Shown: positions 12,562-24,728, counted from the first letter of the whole stretch. The stretch is DNA of 60,183 nucleotides, filler included, from Squatina squatina (GCA_031763465.1; 3 parts of 3 records of this genome joined end to end with filler, not necessarily neighbours in it), one strand, 5' to 3'. The notes: generated from the sequence alone by a model not told the origin. Numbers and translations are program-made.

Positions 12562-12686
12562 GAAGAAAGCTCTGCTCTTCAACAACATTGTGGCCATCAT
12601 AGCTGCAATAATAATGATGTTCAGCAAGATGGCACAGTCCTTCGAGATGATCCTTGTGGGGAGGTTCCTGTACGGAGTCAATGCAG
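12562..12686 (+). CDS. Internal exon of a class II facilitative sugar transporter (SLC2A11/SLC2A9/SLC2A5-like GLUT)
   Basis: ttccag|G acceptor and GCAG|gtacc donor; 125 bp encoding (R)KKALLFNNIVAIIAAIIMMFSKMAQSFEMILVGRFLYGVNA(G), matching the GRK..LL.NN / SFEM...GR...G..AG transmembrane region of class II GLUTs. Paralog not resolvable. Confidence 0.88.
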
Positions 12687-13304
12687 GTACCAGCAGAATT
12701 GTTGTCTCTTTCTTTGGTTGTTTTCAAGATTTGCCATCATATTTTTGACAGAAGCAATTGACTGCTTAGACTGATGTGGCATGATGACTCCTGGCCGACA
12801 CTGGGTTGGGGGGTGCGTGGTGGTGGTTAGGGGGAGGCGTGACACAGACAAGCCAACAAAACACCTTAAAAGGAATAATAGGATACATTAGATCATCATT
12901 GAAATAACATGCCTTGCTGGTTAGATATGCATGAATATTGCACTGGAAAAAAACTAATCATTTGGAATTTGCATTAAATTTCACATCTGGCATGTGCATA
13001 ACCAATCAAGATTAAGGCTATATTGTAGCGTTTGTTTACTTCTTACATCAGTTGCCTTCAATATAAAGATCTAAACAAGTCAACTTGGTAGCGTGCAATG
13101 TCTACAATATGCTGATAAAAAGGTTTGAATTTTAATAAATTATAAATACGCATACAAAAATATACAGAGATAATAATGTAGAGCAGGGTGTGATCTCACA
13201 ACTAATCTAAAAGAAAGGATTCGGGAAAAGCCATAAACCAGCAGAGCCAAAGTCTGAAATTACTGCTTTCTTTTTATGTTCATTTATTTCCATTTACTGC
13301 CAAA

Positions 13305-13712
13305 TCATAGAATCATACAGCACAGAAGGCCGCCATTCTGCCCATTGAGTCTGCGCCGGCTCTTTCGAGGAGCAATCCAGTTAGTCCCACTCCCCCGCTC
13401 TTGCCCCATATCCCTGCAATTTTTACTCCTTCAAGTATTTATCCAATTCCCTTTTGAAGGCGACTACCGAATCTGCATCCACCACCGTCTCAGGCAATGC
13501 ATTCCAAATCCTCACCACTCATTGCTTAAAAACATTTTTCCTCATGTCACCTCTGGTTCTTTTGCCAGTCTCCTTAAATCCGTGCCCTCTGGTTCTTGAC
13601 CCTTCAGCCGCTGGAAACAGTTTCTCTCTATTTACTCTATCTAAATCCTTAAGGATTTTGAACACCTCTATGAAATCTCCTCTTAGCCTCCTCTGCTCCA
13701 AGGAGAACAACC
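13305..13712 (-). mobile_element. CR1 LINE 3' end
   Basis: LFSLEQRRLRGDFIEVFKILKDLDRVNREKLFP..GSRTRGH plus 3' UTR. Similar copies at about 3730-4023 and 6085-6400. Confidence 0.85.
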
Positions 13713-14204
13713 AACCGAATGGAGGCGTGTGGTGTGCACCACCTCTGACGGCAGGTTGTAGGACTCGGCTGGACGCCATCAGTTTGCCTCCTTTATGGTG
13801 TCAGGTGGTGTCTCTGGGAACACCGCGCGGCCACCTCCAATATGATGCTAAAAAAAACAGCACCCAAAGCAACAAAACAACCCTTGAGGAAAGCAGAAAA
13901 CCGGGGATATTTTGTCAGTGACTTGAAGCAATCCTTTACATACCCAAGGCTACAGATTACATTTGGAATGGATTAGAGCAAAACCGACACTTTGGCAAAT
14001 ATTGACGTTACTACAAGGAGAAGAAAAAGTGCAAAGGCCACAATTGCTTAACCATTGTATAAAAGACACAGGGTCAAAACTATTCCAACAGTGGATTTAG
14101 ACAGGGGCCAGGACATTTATTTACTTATGTTTGAAAACCTTTTGAAATGGTGTTGGATTGGCATTCCAGTGCTGGCACGTGCCAGTTTGGCACGTTATGG
14201 ATCT

Positions 14205-14655
14205 TAGCCAGCCAGTACCTCAGTGGGTAGCGCCCTCACCTCCTCGTCAGAAGGCCATGGGTTCAAGTCCCACTCCAGAGACTTGTGCACAAGAATCTAG
14301 GCTGACACCTCCCAGTGCCAGTTCAGAGGGAGCGCTGCACAGTCGGAGGTGCTGTCTTTTGGATGTAGATGTTAAACCGAGGCCTCCGTCTGCTCTCTCA
14401 GGTGGATGTAAAAGATCCCCCGGCACCATTTCAAAGAAGGAGTTCTCCCCGGTGTCCTGGGGGTCAATATTTAATCCTCAACCAACATCACTAAGAAACA
14501 GATTATCCGGTCATTATCACATTGCTGTGTGTGGGAGCTTGCTGTGAGCAAATTGGCTGCTGAGTTTCCTACTTCAAAAAGTACTTCATTGGCTGTAAAG
14601 TGCTTTGGGACGTCTGGTGATCGTGAAAGATGCTATAGAAATGCATGTCTTTTTA
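14205..14655 (+). mobile_element. Near full-length tRNA-derived Deu-domain SINE (SacSINE1-like)
   Basis: A-box-like CTCAGTGGGTAG, B box GGTTCAAGTCC, central GTGGATGTAAAAGATCCC...TCTCCCCGGTGTCCTGG domain, L2-like 3' tail (TGTAAAGTGCTTTGGGAC...GCTATAGAAATGCA). Confidence 0.8.
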
Positions 14656-14785
14656 TTTAAGACTCTTCTGCACCTGTCAAACTTANNNNNNNNNNNNNNN
14701 NNNNNNNNNNNNNNNNNNNNNNNNNNNNNNNNNNNNNNNNNNNNNNNNNNNNNNNNNNNNNNNNNNNNNNNNNNNNNNNNNNNNN

Positions 14786-15155
14786 GAGCACTTGGCACCC
14801 CAGTGAAGTACTGAGGGAGCACTGCACTTGTCGGAGGTGCCGTCTTTCAGATAAGACATCAGTCCAGGGCCCCATCTGACCTCTCACGTGGACATAAAAG
14901 ATTCCACAACACTATTTGAAGAAGAGCAAGGGGAGTTCTCCTCAGTGCCGTGGCTAACATTTATCCCTCAAACAACACCTACAACAGATTATCTGGTCAT
15001 TGTCTCATTCCGTTTGTGGGACCTTGCTGTGCACAAATTGGCTGCCACATACCCTACATTACAAAGTGACTACACATTCATTGTGGTACATTGGCTGTAA
15101 AGTGCTTTGGGACATCCTGAGGTTGTGAAAAGCACTATATAAATGCAAGTCCTTC
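14786..15155 (+). mobile_element. Same Deu-type SINE, 5' end lost in gap, with CT-rich tail
   Basis: Aligns by eye with 14310-14655; followed by TTTC-rich microsatellite to about 15225. Confidence 0.78.
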
Positions 15156-17543
15156 TGCCTTTCTTTCTTTCTCCCTTCCTTTATCTCTTTCATTCTTTCT
15201 TTTTTCTTTCTTTCCCTCTTTCTTTTAAACCAGCAGCCCAGACAGGACATTTGGGACAGGAGTATCTGATCCTGCAGGCCTGCAGTGAGTGCTGGGCCCA
15301 AACATAAGCATTTTACAAATTATCTAACCATAAAATACGAAAGTACGCCCCGCCCAATATGATAGCAAACTTAAGAGCAGTTCTACAGGAGCATTTACGG
15401 TTATTGTTGTAACACAGACGGTGGCGGTGCACTCACAGTGCACATCCTGGTTAGCTGAAGTGTCGTCAATGATTTATTAACCCCCGGAGCAATCAATAGG
15501 TTTACCTGTGTGAGATAAGGTGATTTGAAACAATGTCAGTTTTTATTAAGTGTGACTTTCCTCAATGGAAACACATTGCACACCAAATATTATTGAAAAT
15601 ATTAAGCATTTTTTGAAGTGGTCAGCACAGGTCTTAGTTCCACACAGCACTTGACAATGAATATATGGCTATACATTTTGAGGACCATTAGGAGTTACGA
15701 TAAGTCACAGGAATAGAAATTCATACTTTGTTACTTGTGAGTTATCATCTCAGCTCAGTCATGGAAAGATAAGTTTTATATCATACCCTCCTTACAGTCT
15801 CCACAATATATTAAATAGAGTCCTTGCTACATATTTCACTCTTCACCCTGTGTCAGTGTATATTACATACCTCTATACTACCACTTCAGTGCATTTTGAA
15901 CAACAACAATTTCTATTTATATAATGCCTTTAATGTAGTAAAGCATCTCAAGGCACTTCACAGGAGCATTATCAAACAAAATTTGACACTGAGCCACATA
16001 AGGCAATGTTAGGGCAGATTGATCAAAGAGATAGGTTTTAAGGAGCATTGTGAAGGAGGAAAGAGAGGTAGAGAGGCAGTGAGGTTTAGGGAGGGAATTC
16101 TAGAGCCTAGGCCTTGGCAGCTGAAAGCACGACCGCCAATGGTGGAGGGATTAAAATCATGGATGCTCAAGAGGCCAGAATTGGAGGAGCACAAATATCT
16201 CGGAGAGTTGTAGGGCTGGAGCAGATTACAGAGATAGTGAGGTAAGAGTTNNNNNNNNNNNNNNNNNNNNNNNNNNNNNNNNNNNNNNNNNNNNNNNNNN
16301 NNNNNNNNNNNNNNNNNNNNNNNNNNNNNNNNNNNNNNNNNNNNNNNNNNCTGTAAGCACGATTTTCTGGCCTATGATTTGCTTGAGCACAGCAACCAGC
16401 TGGGGATGTGGGTTTACTGAATTTACCCTTATAGGTACAAGCTACTGTTCTCCTTAATCATCACTAATTGGTAGAGGCTAACATCAGCAATGTCATCTAT
16501 CATATTGGAGGCAATCTAGAATAGTGGAGGAAGTGCTGTACTGTGGCAGGTACCATCTTTTCAATGAGACATTAAACCAAGGCTCCATCTACCTTTTAAG
16601 ATACATGGCACTATAGGAACATAGGAACAGGCCATTCCACCCTTCGAGCCTGTTCCGCCATTCAATTAGATCATGGCTGATTTGTATCTTAAATCCATTT
16701 ACCCACCTTGGCTCCATATCTTTTAATACATTTACTTAACAAAAATCTGTCGATCTCAGTTTTGAAATTTTCATTGACCCCTAGCCTCAACAGCTTTTTT
16801 TTGGTGGGTGGGTGGTGGGAGTTCAGATTTCTATCCTTTGTATGAAGGACAGCTTCCTGACACCACCTCTACATGGCCCAGCTCTAATTTTATGGTTCTG
16901 CCCCCTTGTTCTGGTCCCCCACCAGGGAAAATAATTTCTCCCTACCTACCCTGTTGTGATGTTTGTTTCCTCCTGGCCACTGGTGGCGCTGTCCCAGGAA
17001 GTCTCAGCCCTTTCACTCCTCCTCCCGTGCGGCAGATGGCGCTGTGGCGAGCGGTGTATAGAGATGAATATAGATGTGTGTTCTTGCCTGTACATACCGT
17101 GAGGGTGAGAGCATCCACTTTGTAAGATANNNNNNNNNNNNNNNNNNNNNNNNNNNNNNNNNNNNNNNNNNNNNNNNNNNNNNNNNNNNNNNNNNNNNNN
17201 NNNNNNNNNNNNNNNNNNNNNNNNNNNNNGTTAAGGTTCTGCCCCCTTGTTCTGGACTCCCCCCACCAGAGGAAATAGTTCCTCTCTACCTACCCAATCA
17301 ATACTTTAATCAGATCACCCCGTAATCTTCTAAACTCGAGGGACAATCACACATGGTAACAGAGACCTGGCTGATCTTACCCCTGCCCAGTCCAGGGATG
17401 CTGAGAGCAATTGTATATCCATTTGAGTTCTGCTCCTCCCCTCGTGCTCCCAGAATCTGGACTCAGAGAGCCCCACAATATTACCACCATCTCAGCCTGT
17501 GCTGAGGCAGGCTGTAGTCAGTGTCCCAGGTATTGTTCCCTAC

Positions 17544-17644
17544 CTGTGATGGCTGCAGTCTGGGATTCTTGCTCCATGATGGTGGCGTATCCCAGGTATC
17601 CCAGATACTCGATACAGCGATGGACATCCAAGTAGGCTGTGAAT
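17544..17644 (-). CDS. Internal exon of mitochondrial Rho GTPase Miro (RHOT1/RHOT2 family)
   Basis: Minus strand cggtag|A...ACAG|gtaggg; 101 bp encoding [33 protein letters not shown], matching the recalled Miro segment [15 protein letters not shown]...EQESQ..A.T. RHOT1 versus RHOT2 unresolved. Confidence 0.88.
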
Positions 17645-18874
17645 CTACCGTGGAGAAACCAGAGAGGAGTGAGCGACTGCTCAGTTAATGCAGTCTGCAG
17701 GCCAGGTGGCAAACATCAGCCATTTCAATTCAAAAGGGTCCCGGATTGGAGCAAGACAAATTTAGGTTTGCCGTACCTCCAAAAGTAAGATTCAAAATGT
17801 AAGTATTTTTCTGAAGGGTTCTGCACCAGCCCTGCAGAGTGAGGGAGAGGTAGTTTTATGTAGTGAGTTAGGGAGACTGGGGTGGTGGAAGCAGATTAAT
17901 AACAACTTTCAACAGGGAATCAGATATACACTTGAAAAGAAGAAAATTGCAGGGCTATAGGGAAAGAGCAGGGGATTGGGACTAACTGAACAGCTCTTCT
18001 GGGCACGATGGGCCGAATGGCCTCCTTCTGAGAGACAAGGGATCACATGCAACATGTAACTGGATAGCATCTGACTCTAAGCACATTGATTGAGCCCATC
18101 TTCCAACACAGGACAGTTCCTGAAACGCCTGGCCTCTTGCTCAGCACCACGCCTTGGATTCTGTGGCCTTTCATTCTCTTTTGTACTTCCTTTCCGACCT
18201 TAAACTTCACTCCCTTTTACAAACTTTCTTCTTCCATTCTTTGCCTTTGCTTTATTTTTTGAAGCTTTTTATTTTATTTCTCACATTCNNNNNNNNNNNN
18301 NNNNNNNNNNNNNNNNNNNNNNNNNNNNNNNNNNNNNNNNNNNNNNNNNNNNNNNNNNNNNNNNNNNNNNNNNNNNNNNNNNNNNNNNNNNNNNNNNNNN
18401 NNNNNNNNNNNNNNNNNNNNNNNNNNNNNNNNNNNNNNNNNNNNNNNNNNNNNNNNNNNNNNNNNATAAGAGACATATGTGCAAGCACCAATGCCAAGTG
18501 TTAGTTCTGCACCATTGCAGTTTAGTTTGTTGTTACAATTAACATTGTTTCCTCTAATATAAAAAAAGACCCCTGGTTTATGAAATCACAATTTGCCTTT
18601 CTGCTTTGATTTACATTGCAGGAACACCAGTAATTACAAGAGAACTCAAAATACAGCATCTTTCTCAGAATAGGATATGGCGGTTGCCATGGGAGATGTT
18701 CCCCAACCATCTGTGACCTTTATGTAACAAATTCCATTTACAACCATAACATCAACACTTCTCATGCAAGCTAAGAGTATCCTAATTGACAGAGTTACAA
18801 GTCCTGGCGGAATCACTGAAGAGGAGATCATGTGTCGGAGTCCATTGCTCCCGGACCGCCTGCTGTCCACCTAC

Positions 18875-19042
18875 CTTGGCACAGGCGACGAGCTGAGACG
18901 TGGACAGGGCGCACTGGGTGGCAGCAGCAATCACCCGGTTTTGCAGGACCGTGTCTTCAGCCACTTGGGCCACGTTCTTGGCCTTCAGGACCAGCATGGC
19001 GGCCGCATTGGCCACAGCCTTGGCCAAGCTCATCAACACGTC
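18875..19042 (-). CDS. TLN2: Internal exon of talin-2 (rod domain)
   Basis: ttggtag|GAC...GCCAAG|gtaggt; 168 bp, phase 0/0, DVLMSLAKAVANAAAMLVLKAKNVAQVAEDTVLQNRVIAAATQCALSTSQLVACAK. Residues are talin-2 type (KNVAQVAEDTVLQNRV) rather than talin-1 type. Confidence 0.92.
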
Positions 19043-19799
19043 CTACCAAGGGGAGACAAAAGGTGGTACTGGCTCAGTATCACTGCAGGAATCCCGCTTA
19101 AAGCTGGCCTTCCATCGCGTCTGACCTGGCACATTCACAGGACAGAATGAAAACAAAAATACTGTGCAGCATGAACCACCTCACAGCCTGGCTCCTTGAA
19201 AGATTATTCATTGAAATTACTTTAGAAGTGTGCTATTCTATGTGAGGAAAGTATATCTGCACAAATAAGTGGCAAATGCTTTGCTATTTAACCAAACAAA
19301 TTGAAAATGGTAGAATTTATATTTAGGGAGATAGAAATTAAATAGGATGAGGAGGTGTTTTGCCTATCCACTGTATGGGTGTTGTGGCCAACTTTGAAGG
19401 GTCAATGGTAGGTCCTTTACTTGCCTGCAGGCAAGTGAGCTAGTGGCAGTTTAAAAAAAAAAATTGTTCCTGGGATGTGGGCATTGCTAGCATTTATTGC
19501 CCATCATCCCTAGTTGTCTTTGAGAAGGTGGTGATGAGCCACCTCCTTGAATTGCTGCAGTAGTTGACAACTGAGTGGCTTGCTGGGCCATTTCAGAGGG
19601 CAGATAAGAGTCAGCCACATTGCTGTGGGTCTGGCGTCACGTGTAGGCCAGATCAGGTAAGGATGGCAGATTCCCTTCCCNNNNNNNNNNNNNNNNNNNN
19701 NNNNNNNNNNNNNNNNNNNNNNNNNNNNNNNNNNNNNNNNNNNNNNNNNNNNNNNNNNNNNNNNNNNNNNNNNNNNNNNNCTCCATCACTATCCCTGGG

Positions 19800-20405
19800 T
19801 ATGTTCTGTCCTACCGGCTGGCACAGTGGTGTACAGTTGGAAGGGAGTGGCCCGGAGAATCCTCAACATTGACTCTGGACCCCATAAAGTCTCATGGCTT
19901 CAGGTCAAGCACGGGCAAGGAAACCTCCTGCTGATTACCATCCTCCGTCAGCTCATGAATCAGTACTCCTCCATGTTGAGCATCACTTGGAAGAAGCACT
20001 GAGGGTAGCGAGGACACAGAATGTACTCTGGGTGGGCGACTTCAATGTCCGGAAGGACATAGCTGCCAGATTGGGTCTGTGACAGGTGGTGAGAGAATCA
20101 ACATGAGGGAAAAACCGACTTGACCTTGTCCTCAGCAACCTACCTGTTGCAGATGCACCTGTTCGTGACAACATTGGTAGCAGTGACCACCGCACAGTCA
20201 TTGTGGAGACGCAGTCCCATCGTCACAGTGACGACACCCTCCCTCGTGCTGTGTGGCACTACCTCCATGCTAAATGGGATAGATTCAGAACAGATCTAAC
20301 AGCACAAACTGGGTATCCATGAGGCAGAATTGTATTCCATAACATCAGGGCCCGACATTCAGGCTTGGGCTGGTAAGTGGGAAGTAATATTTGCACCACA
20401 CAAGT
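19800..20405 (+). mobile_element. Non-LTR retrotransposon APE endonuclease remnant
   Basis: HESVLLHVEHHLEEALRVARTQNVLWVGDFNV (GDFN motif) and a downstream LDLVLSN...GSSDH; frameshifted. Confidence 0.75.
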
Positions 20406-21229
20406 NNNNNNNNNNNNNNNNNNNNNNNNNNNNNNNNNNNNNNNNNNNNNNNNNNNNNNNNNNNNNNNNNNNNNNNNNNNNNNNNNNNNNNNNNNNNNNN
20501 NNNNNTATAGCGCTTTTGAAAATAGTACCATAGGATCTTTTACATCCTTTTATGAGAGGAAAGGTGGGGCTTCAGTTCAACGTCTGACCGTGCATTACCA
20601 CGAGTGCCAGCCTGGATTATAACCTCTAGTCTCTGAAGTGGGATGTGAACCCATGACCTTCTGACGCAGATAGCAAGAGTGCTATCCTCTGAGCCACTGC
20701 TGAAATGCTTTATAAATGAACAAAAAAAATCCTAAGAAAATGCCTAATGCAATAATCTAGAAAAAGGATTCTTGCGATTACAGGATTCAGCAATTTCTGA
20801 AACCATACTCTAGTTTTTTGTTTTATGCAGCGCATGTCCTGAACCATGAACATTAATAAATTGATCTTTTGCATCCCATGCTCCACTACTTCCTGACCTG
20901 ACACCTGCCACGATAGGAATCAAAAGGCAAAGATATCTGTCCACGAATGCTTTCCATCATACGACTCATTTTTTGTTTGAAAGTTAAGTTACAGATTGCG
21001 CAACTTTGAGCTGCAAAGCAACTCTGCATATTTCTTGTATCCTAAGTTGATTAAAAGAAGAAAAAGCCTGATCCGGCAGGAGAATTGTCCAGTGCTACAG
21101 ATGAATGTCTCCCAAGTGTTCAATCATTCACTGGAAAAGGAAAGACTTATATTTCTGTAGCGCTTTTCAAAATAGTAAGGGATCTTTTGAAGGTGTTGAA
21201 GTTGCAGTGGAAGGTAGATCCACCAAACC

Positions 21230-21590
21230 AGCTTTTCACAACCTCAGGACATCCCAAAGCGCTTTACAGTCAATGAAGTACTTTTGAAATGTAATCACTG
21301 TTGTCATGTAGGAAACATGGCAACCAAAGCAAAGTCCCACAAACAGCAATGTGATAATGGCCAAATAATCTGTTTTTAGGAGTTGGTTCAGGGATCAGTA
21401 TTTGGCCAGGACATCAGGGAGAACTCCCCTGCTCTTCTTCAAAATAGGCCCATGGGATCTCTTTACGTTCATCTGAGAGAGCAGGCAGGACCAAAAGATA
21501 GCACCTACGGCAGTGCAGCACTCCCTCAGTATCACACTGGGAGTGTCAGCCTAGATTTTTGTGCTCAGGTCTCTGGAGTAGGATTTGAAC
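21230..21590 (-). mobile_element. Deu-type SINE, reverse strand
   Basis: Reverse complement of the 14205-14655 family. Further decayed copies at about 3050-3330, 20506-20700 and 46520-47019. Confidence 0.72.
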
Positions 21591-22113
21591 CGCCAAGTGC
21601 ATGCAACCCCTGCTGCAGTGATAGTCCATTCTGTAACCAGGAGAAAGAAAGAAAGCACTTGTATTTGTACAGGTCCAGCAGCGACCTGCATCCATTTCGT
21701 GTTGTTCACCTAAAATATCACGTTGAAGCATTTCACGCAGTGGACAGGTGGACATCAAGTAGGAAAAGGAGGAATTTAAGAGAGGCAGCAGGAAGATCAG
21801 AGATTTTAGGAGGCTGTTGAAGACAGGGAGGAGGTAACAATGCAAAATAGCTTTGGGGGAGAAGTACAGAGAGGAAGGGCACAGTGACTGACTGACGGGG
21901 CTCAGAGTGGGTGGGAGATGGTGCGAGCAGGAATCGATCCAGNNNNNNNNNNNNNNNNNNNNNNNNNNNNNNNNNNNNNNNNNNNNNNNNNNNNNNNNNN
22001 NNNNNNNNNNNNNNNNNNNNNNNNNNNNNNNNNNNNNNNNNNCCAGGGTATAATATACCTTTTGTCTTCCTTGAAAATGCTATGTTATAGTGAAGGTGCA
22101 CTGTCATTCTTAC

Positions 22114-22234
22114 CTGTGGAATCGTGAAATATTCATCTTCATTTCGCAAAATAGGATCTCCTTGACGGTAGCCAAGGGGCACATTTACAGCTGCAGACGT
22201 GGCTGTCCCAAAGGAAAGGTCTTGAGAAATGCTG
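22114..22234 (-). CDS. Candidate exon of an unidentified gene
   Basis: tttcaacag|CAG acceptor and strong CAG|gtaaga donor; only one frame open: SISQDLSFGTATSAAVNVPLGYRQGDPILRNEDEYFTIPQ. No family recognised. Confidence 0.5.
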
Positions 22235-22779
22235 CTGTTGAAAGGAAATTTCAAGAAGGAGATGAAATTCCAGTGCAATAAGAATTTATCACATTGCTTT
22301 GCAGGCACACAGGCAAGGATTGAGGGGGTGTATTCAAATACATTTAGTCTTAGAGCACAGATTTCAAAGAGGCAGCATTAGCATAAATCTGGAATTGAAT
22401 GTGGAACTTGCTACCACATGGAGTGGTTGAGGTGAATAGCATTTAAGGGGAAGCTGGATAAGAACCTGATGGAGAAAGGAATAGGAGAATATCTTGATCG
22501 GGTGAGATGAATAAAGAGGGGGAGGAGCCTCATGCACAGCATAAACACCAGCACTGACCCGTTGGGCCAAACAGCCTGTTTCTGTGCTGTAAATTTGATG
22601 TAATATTTTCAAAATTCAATTACNNNNNNNNNNNNNNNNNNNNNNNNNNNNNNNNNNNNNNNNNNNNNNNNNNNNNNNNNNNNNNNNNNNNNNNNNNNNN
22701 NNNNNNNNNNNNNNNNNNNNNNNTAGTTATTAGAATCAAATTATTATCCAGAGATAATTATATTTCTTTATTAGTAGAT

Positions 22780-23518
22780 AATGATGAACCAGACCATTTA
22801 CAACATTGGTGTTGTGGTTGACTCCAAGATGAGCTTCCAACCACATATCCACTCCATCATGAAAAATGCCTACTTCCACATCCGTAACATCCTCCAATTC
22901 CCACCCACCTCAGCTCACCTGCTGCTGAAATCCTCAACCATGCCCTTGTTGCCTCTAGACTCGACTACTCAAATTCATTTCTGACTGGCCTCCCATCTTC
23001 CACCTGATGTAAACTGGTGCTCATCCAAAACTCTGCTGCCCCTATCTTAACTCACACCAGGTCTTGTCCACCCATCAAAATTGTGCATGCTGACCTACAC
23101 TGGCTCCCAGTCTGACAATGCCTCAATTTTAAAATCCTCATCCTTATTTTCAATTCCCTGCATGGCCTAGCTCCTCCCTAACTCTGTAATCTCCTCCAGC
23201 CTTTGAGATTTCTGCACTCCTCCAATTCTGGCAACTTACACATCCCCAATTTTAATTGCTCCACCTTTGGTGGCTGTGCTTTCAGCTGCTTTGGCCCTAA
23301 GCTCTGGAATTCCCTCTCTAAAGCTCTCCACCCCTCTACCTCTCTCTCCTCCTTTAGGATGCTCCTTAAAACCTACCTCTTTAACCAAGCTTTTCATCCT
23401 CTGTCTTAATATCTTTTTCTGTTGCTCATTGTCATTTTTTTTATTGATAACACTCTTGTTAAGCACCTTGAGACATTTTGCTATGCTAAAGGTGCTATAT
23501 AAATGCAAGTTGTTGTTA
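22780..23518 (+). mobile_element. L2 LINE 3' remnant
   Basis: NIGVVVDSKMSFQPHIHSIMKNAYFHIRNI...GGCAFSCFGPKLWNSL...LKTYLFNQAF and tail GCTATATAAATGCAAGTTGTTG. Confidence 0.85.
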
Positions 23519-23758
23519 TATAGAAAGCATCTGTACTTCTAGGTGTGCGTATAGTAGTGGTTATCAATAGCTCTAAAATCTGTTAGAAGATAATAAAGNN
23601 NNNNNNNNNNNNNNNNNNNNNNNNNNNNNNNNNNNNNNNNNNNNNNNNNNNNNNNNNNNNNNNNNNNNNNNNNNNNNNNNNNNNNNNNNNNNNNNNNNAT
23701 CATCTGCGATTTAGTTGCTATGAGACACGTGGAGATGGTCTGAGGTTACTTGTGCTCT

Positions 23759-23922
23759 GGGCCTTGAAGTTCTGCAGGGGGTTTCCCAATCTGCTGCCGT
23801 AACTTCAGCAGATGAATGGCAGAATCTCTGGGCTGTTTATCCTGTTTCTCCACGGGTTCCACTGATCTCCTGCCGAAGTTACAACAGGAGATTGAGAGAA
23901 TCTCTATGGGAATTAGGGGCTC
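23759..23922. mobile_element. Small foldback element (MITE)
   Basis: About 70-bp imperfect inverted arms: CAATCTGCTGCCGTAACTTCAGCAG versus the reverse complement of the right arm, CAATCTCCTGTTGTAACTTCGGCAG. Confidence 0.6.
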
Positions 23923-24549
23923 GGGTTCCTAATGCCCTTCCCTGGCTTCGGCTCAGATCTACCGCAGGCGTAGCTGGCACTCGGAACACAGCTCGCGCGC
24001 CGGGAATGGTAAACGTAAAGCATGCATCATCTTGTTGACTTCTACTGTTAGATGCCGCTGGTACATTCACCAGTTTTCAGTTTCCCAACGAGAACTCCAT
24101 TAGTAAATGTAAACAGAACGGCCGCTTTTTCCCTGAGATCCTGAGCATGTTGACACAATCAGGTCCTGAAAAACATGCAATCTCCGTTGGAGGANNNNNN
24201 NNNNCAATTATTCTCTAACTGAGTTAAGGACCAAGTGCATGACACCATTCTGCTTGCAGTGGGCTAAGAAATGAGTGACAGCTCCTGATTGGCATCGTCA
24301 CATGTAAGGTTTGCAATCCCCGTTCATTGATTGAGCTCGAGTTGAATGCCAAATCAGGGCGACTTCCAGATCTGAAGTTGAGTTTCCTGGGATGCAGAGG
24401 GAGGGCAAGAGTACTAGTAGTGAAATCTTTACTTCACCTGGCATGTAGGAAATTTGTATTTTTGTGGTAAAAAGACATAAAAAAGGGAGATACACTGGAA
24501 CCCTGCTGCAATACTTCTCTATCTCTGTAACCTCCTCCAGCCCTACAAC

Positions 24550-24728
24550 CAACGTTCCCCCTAATTTATTTGGGGGAGGGGGGTACCCGGCCCCTTTAAC
24601 AGGCTGCGCACCCCATTCAAATTACCGTGCATGCGTGTTTTTTTGCGTTGTGAAGCCGGCAAGTGGTCTGCGCTGGACCTCCAAAGCATTGCATGGCCTC
24701 GCAGTCGGGCAGTTTCACGGGAACATTA
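24550..24728. mobile_element. hAT-type MITE inserted in an L2 remnant
   Basis: Ends CAACGTTCCCCCTAA...GGGAACATTA; flanks CCTACAAC / CCAACAGC (6 of 8); the L2 sequence resumes exactly after it. Confidence 0.65.

Noticed and set aside
12194-12748. 184-aa ORF with PIDWPS repeats fused to a transporter segment
   Set aside because: It spans a gap and an intronic minisatellite; only 12562-12686 has exon boundaries.
14215-14275. tRNA gene
   Set aside because: The A and B boxes belong to a SINE head; I see no complete cloverleaf, and the SINE body follows.
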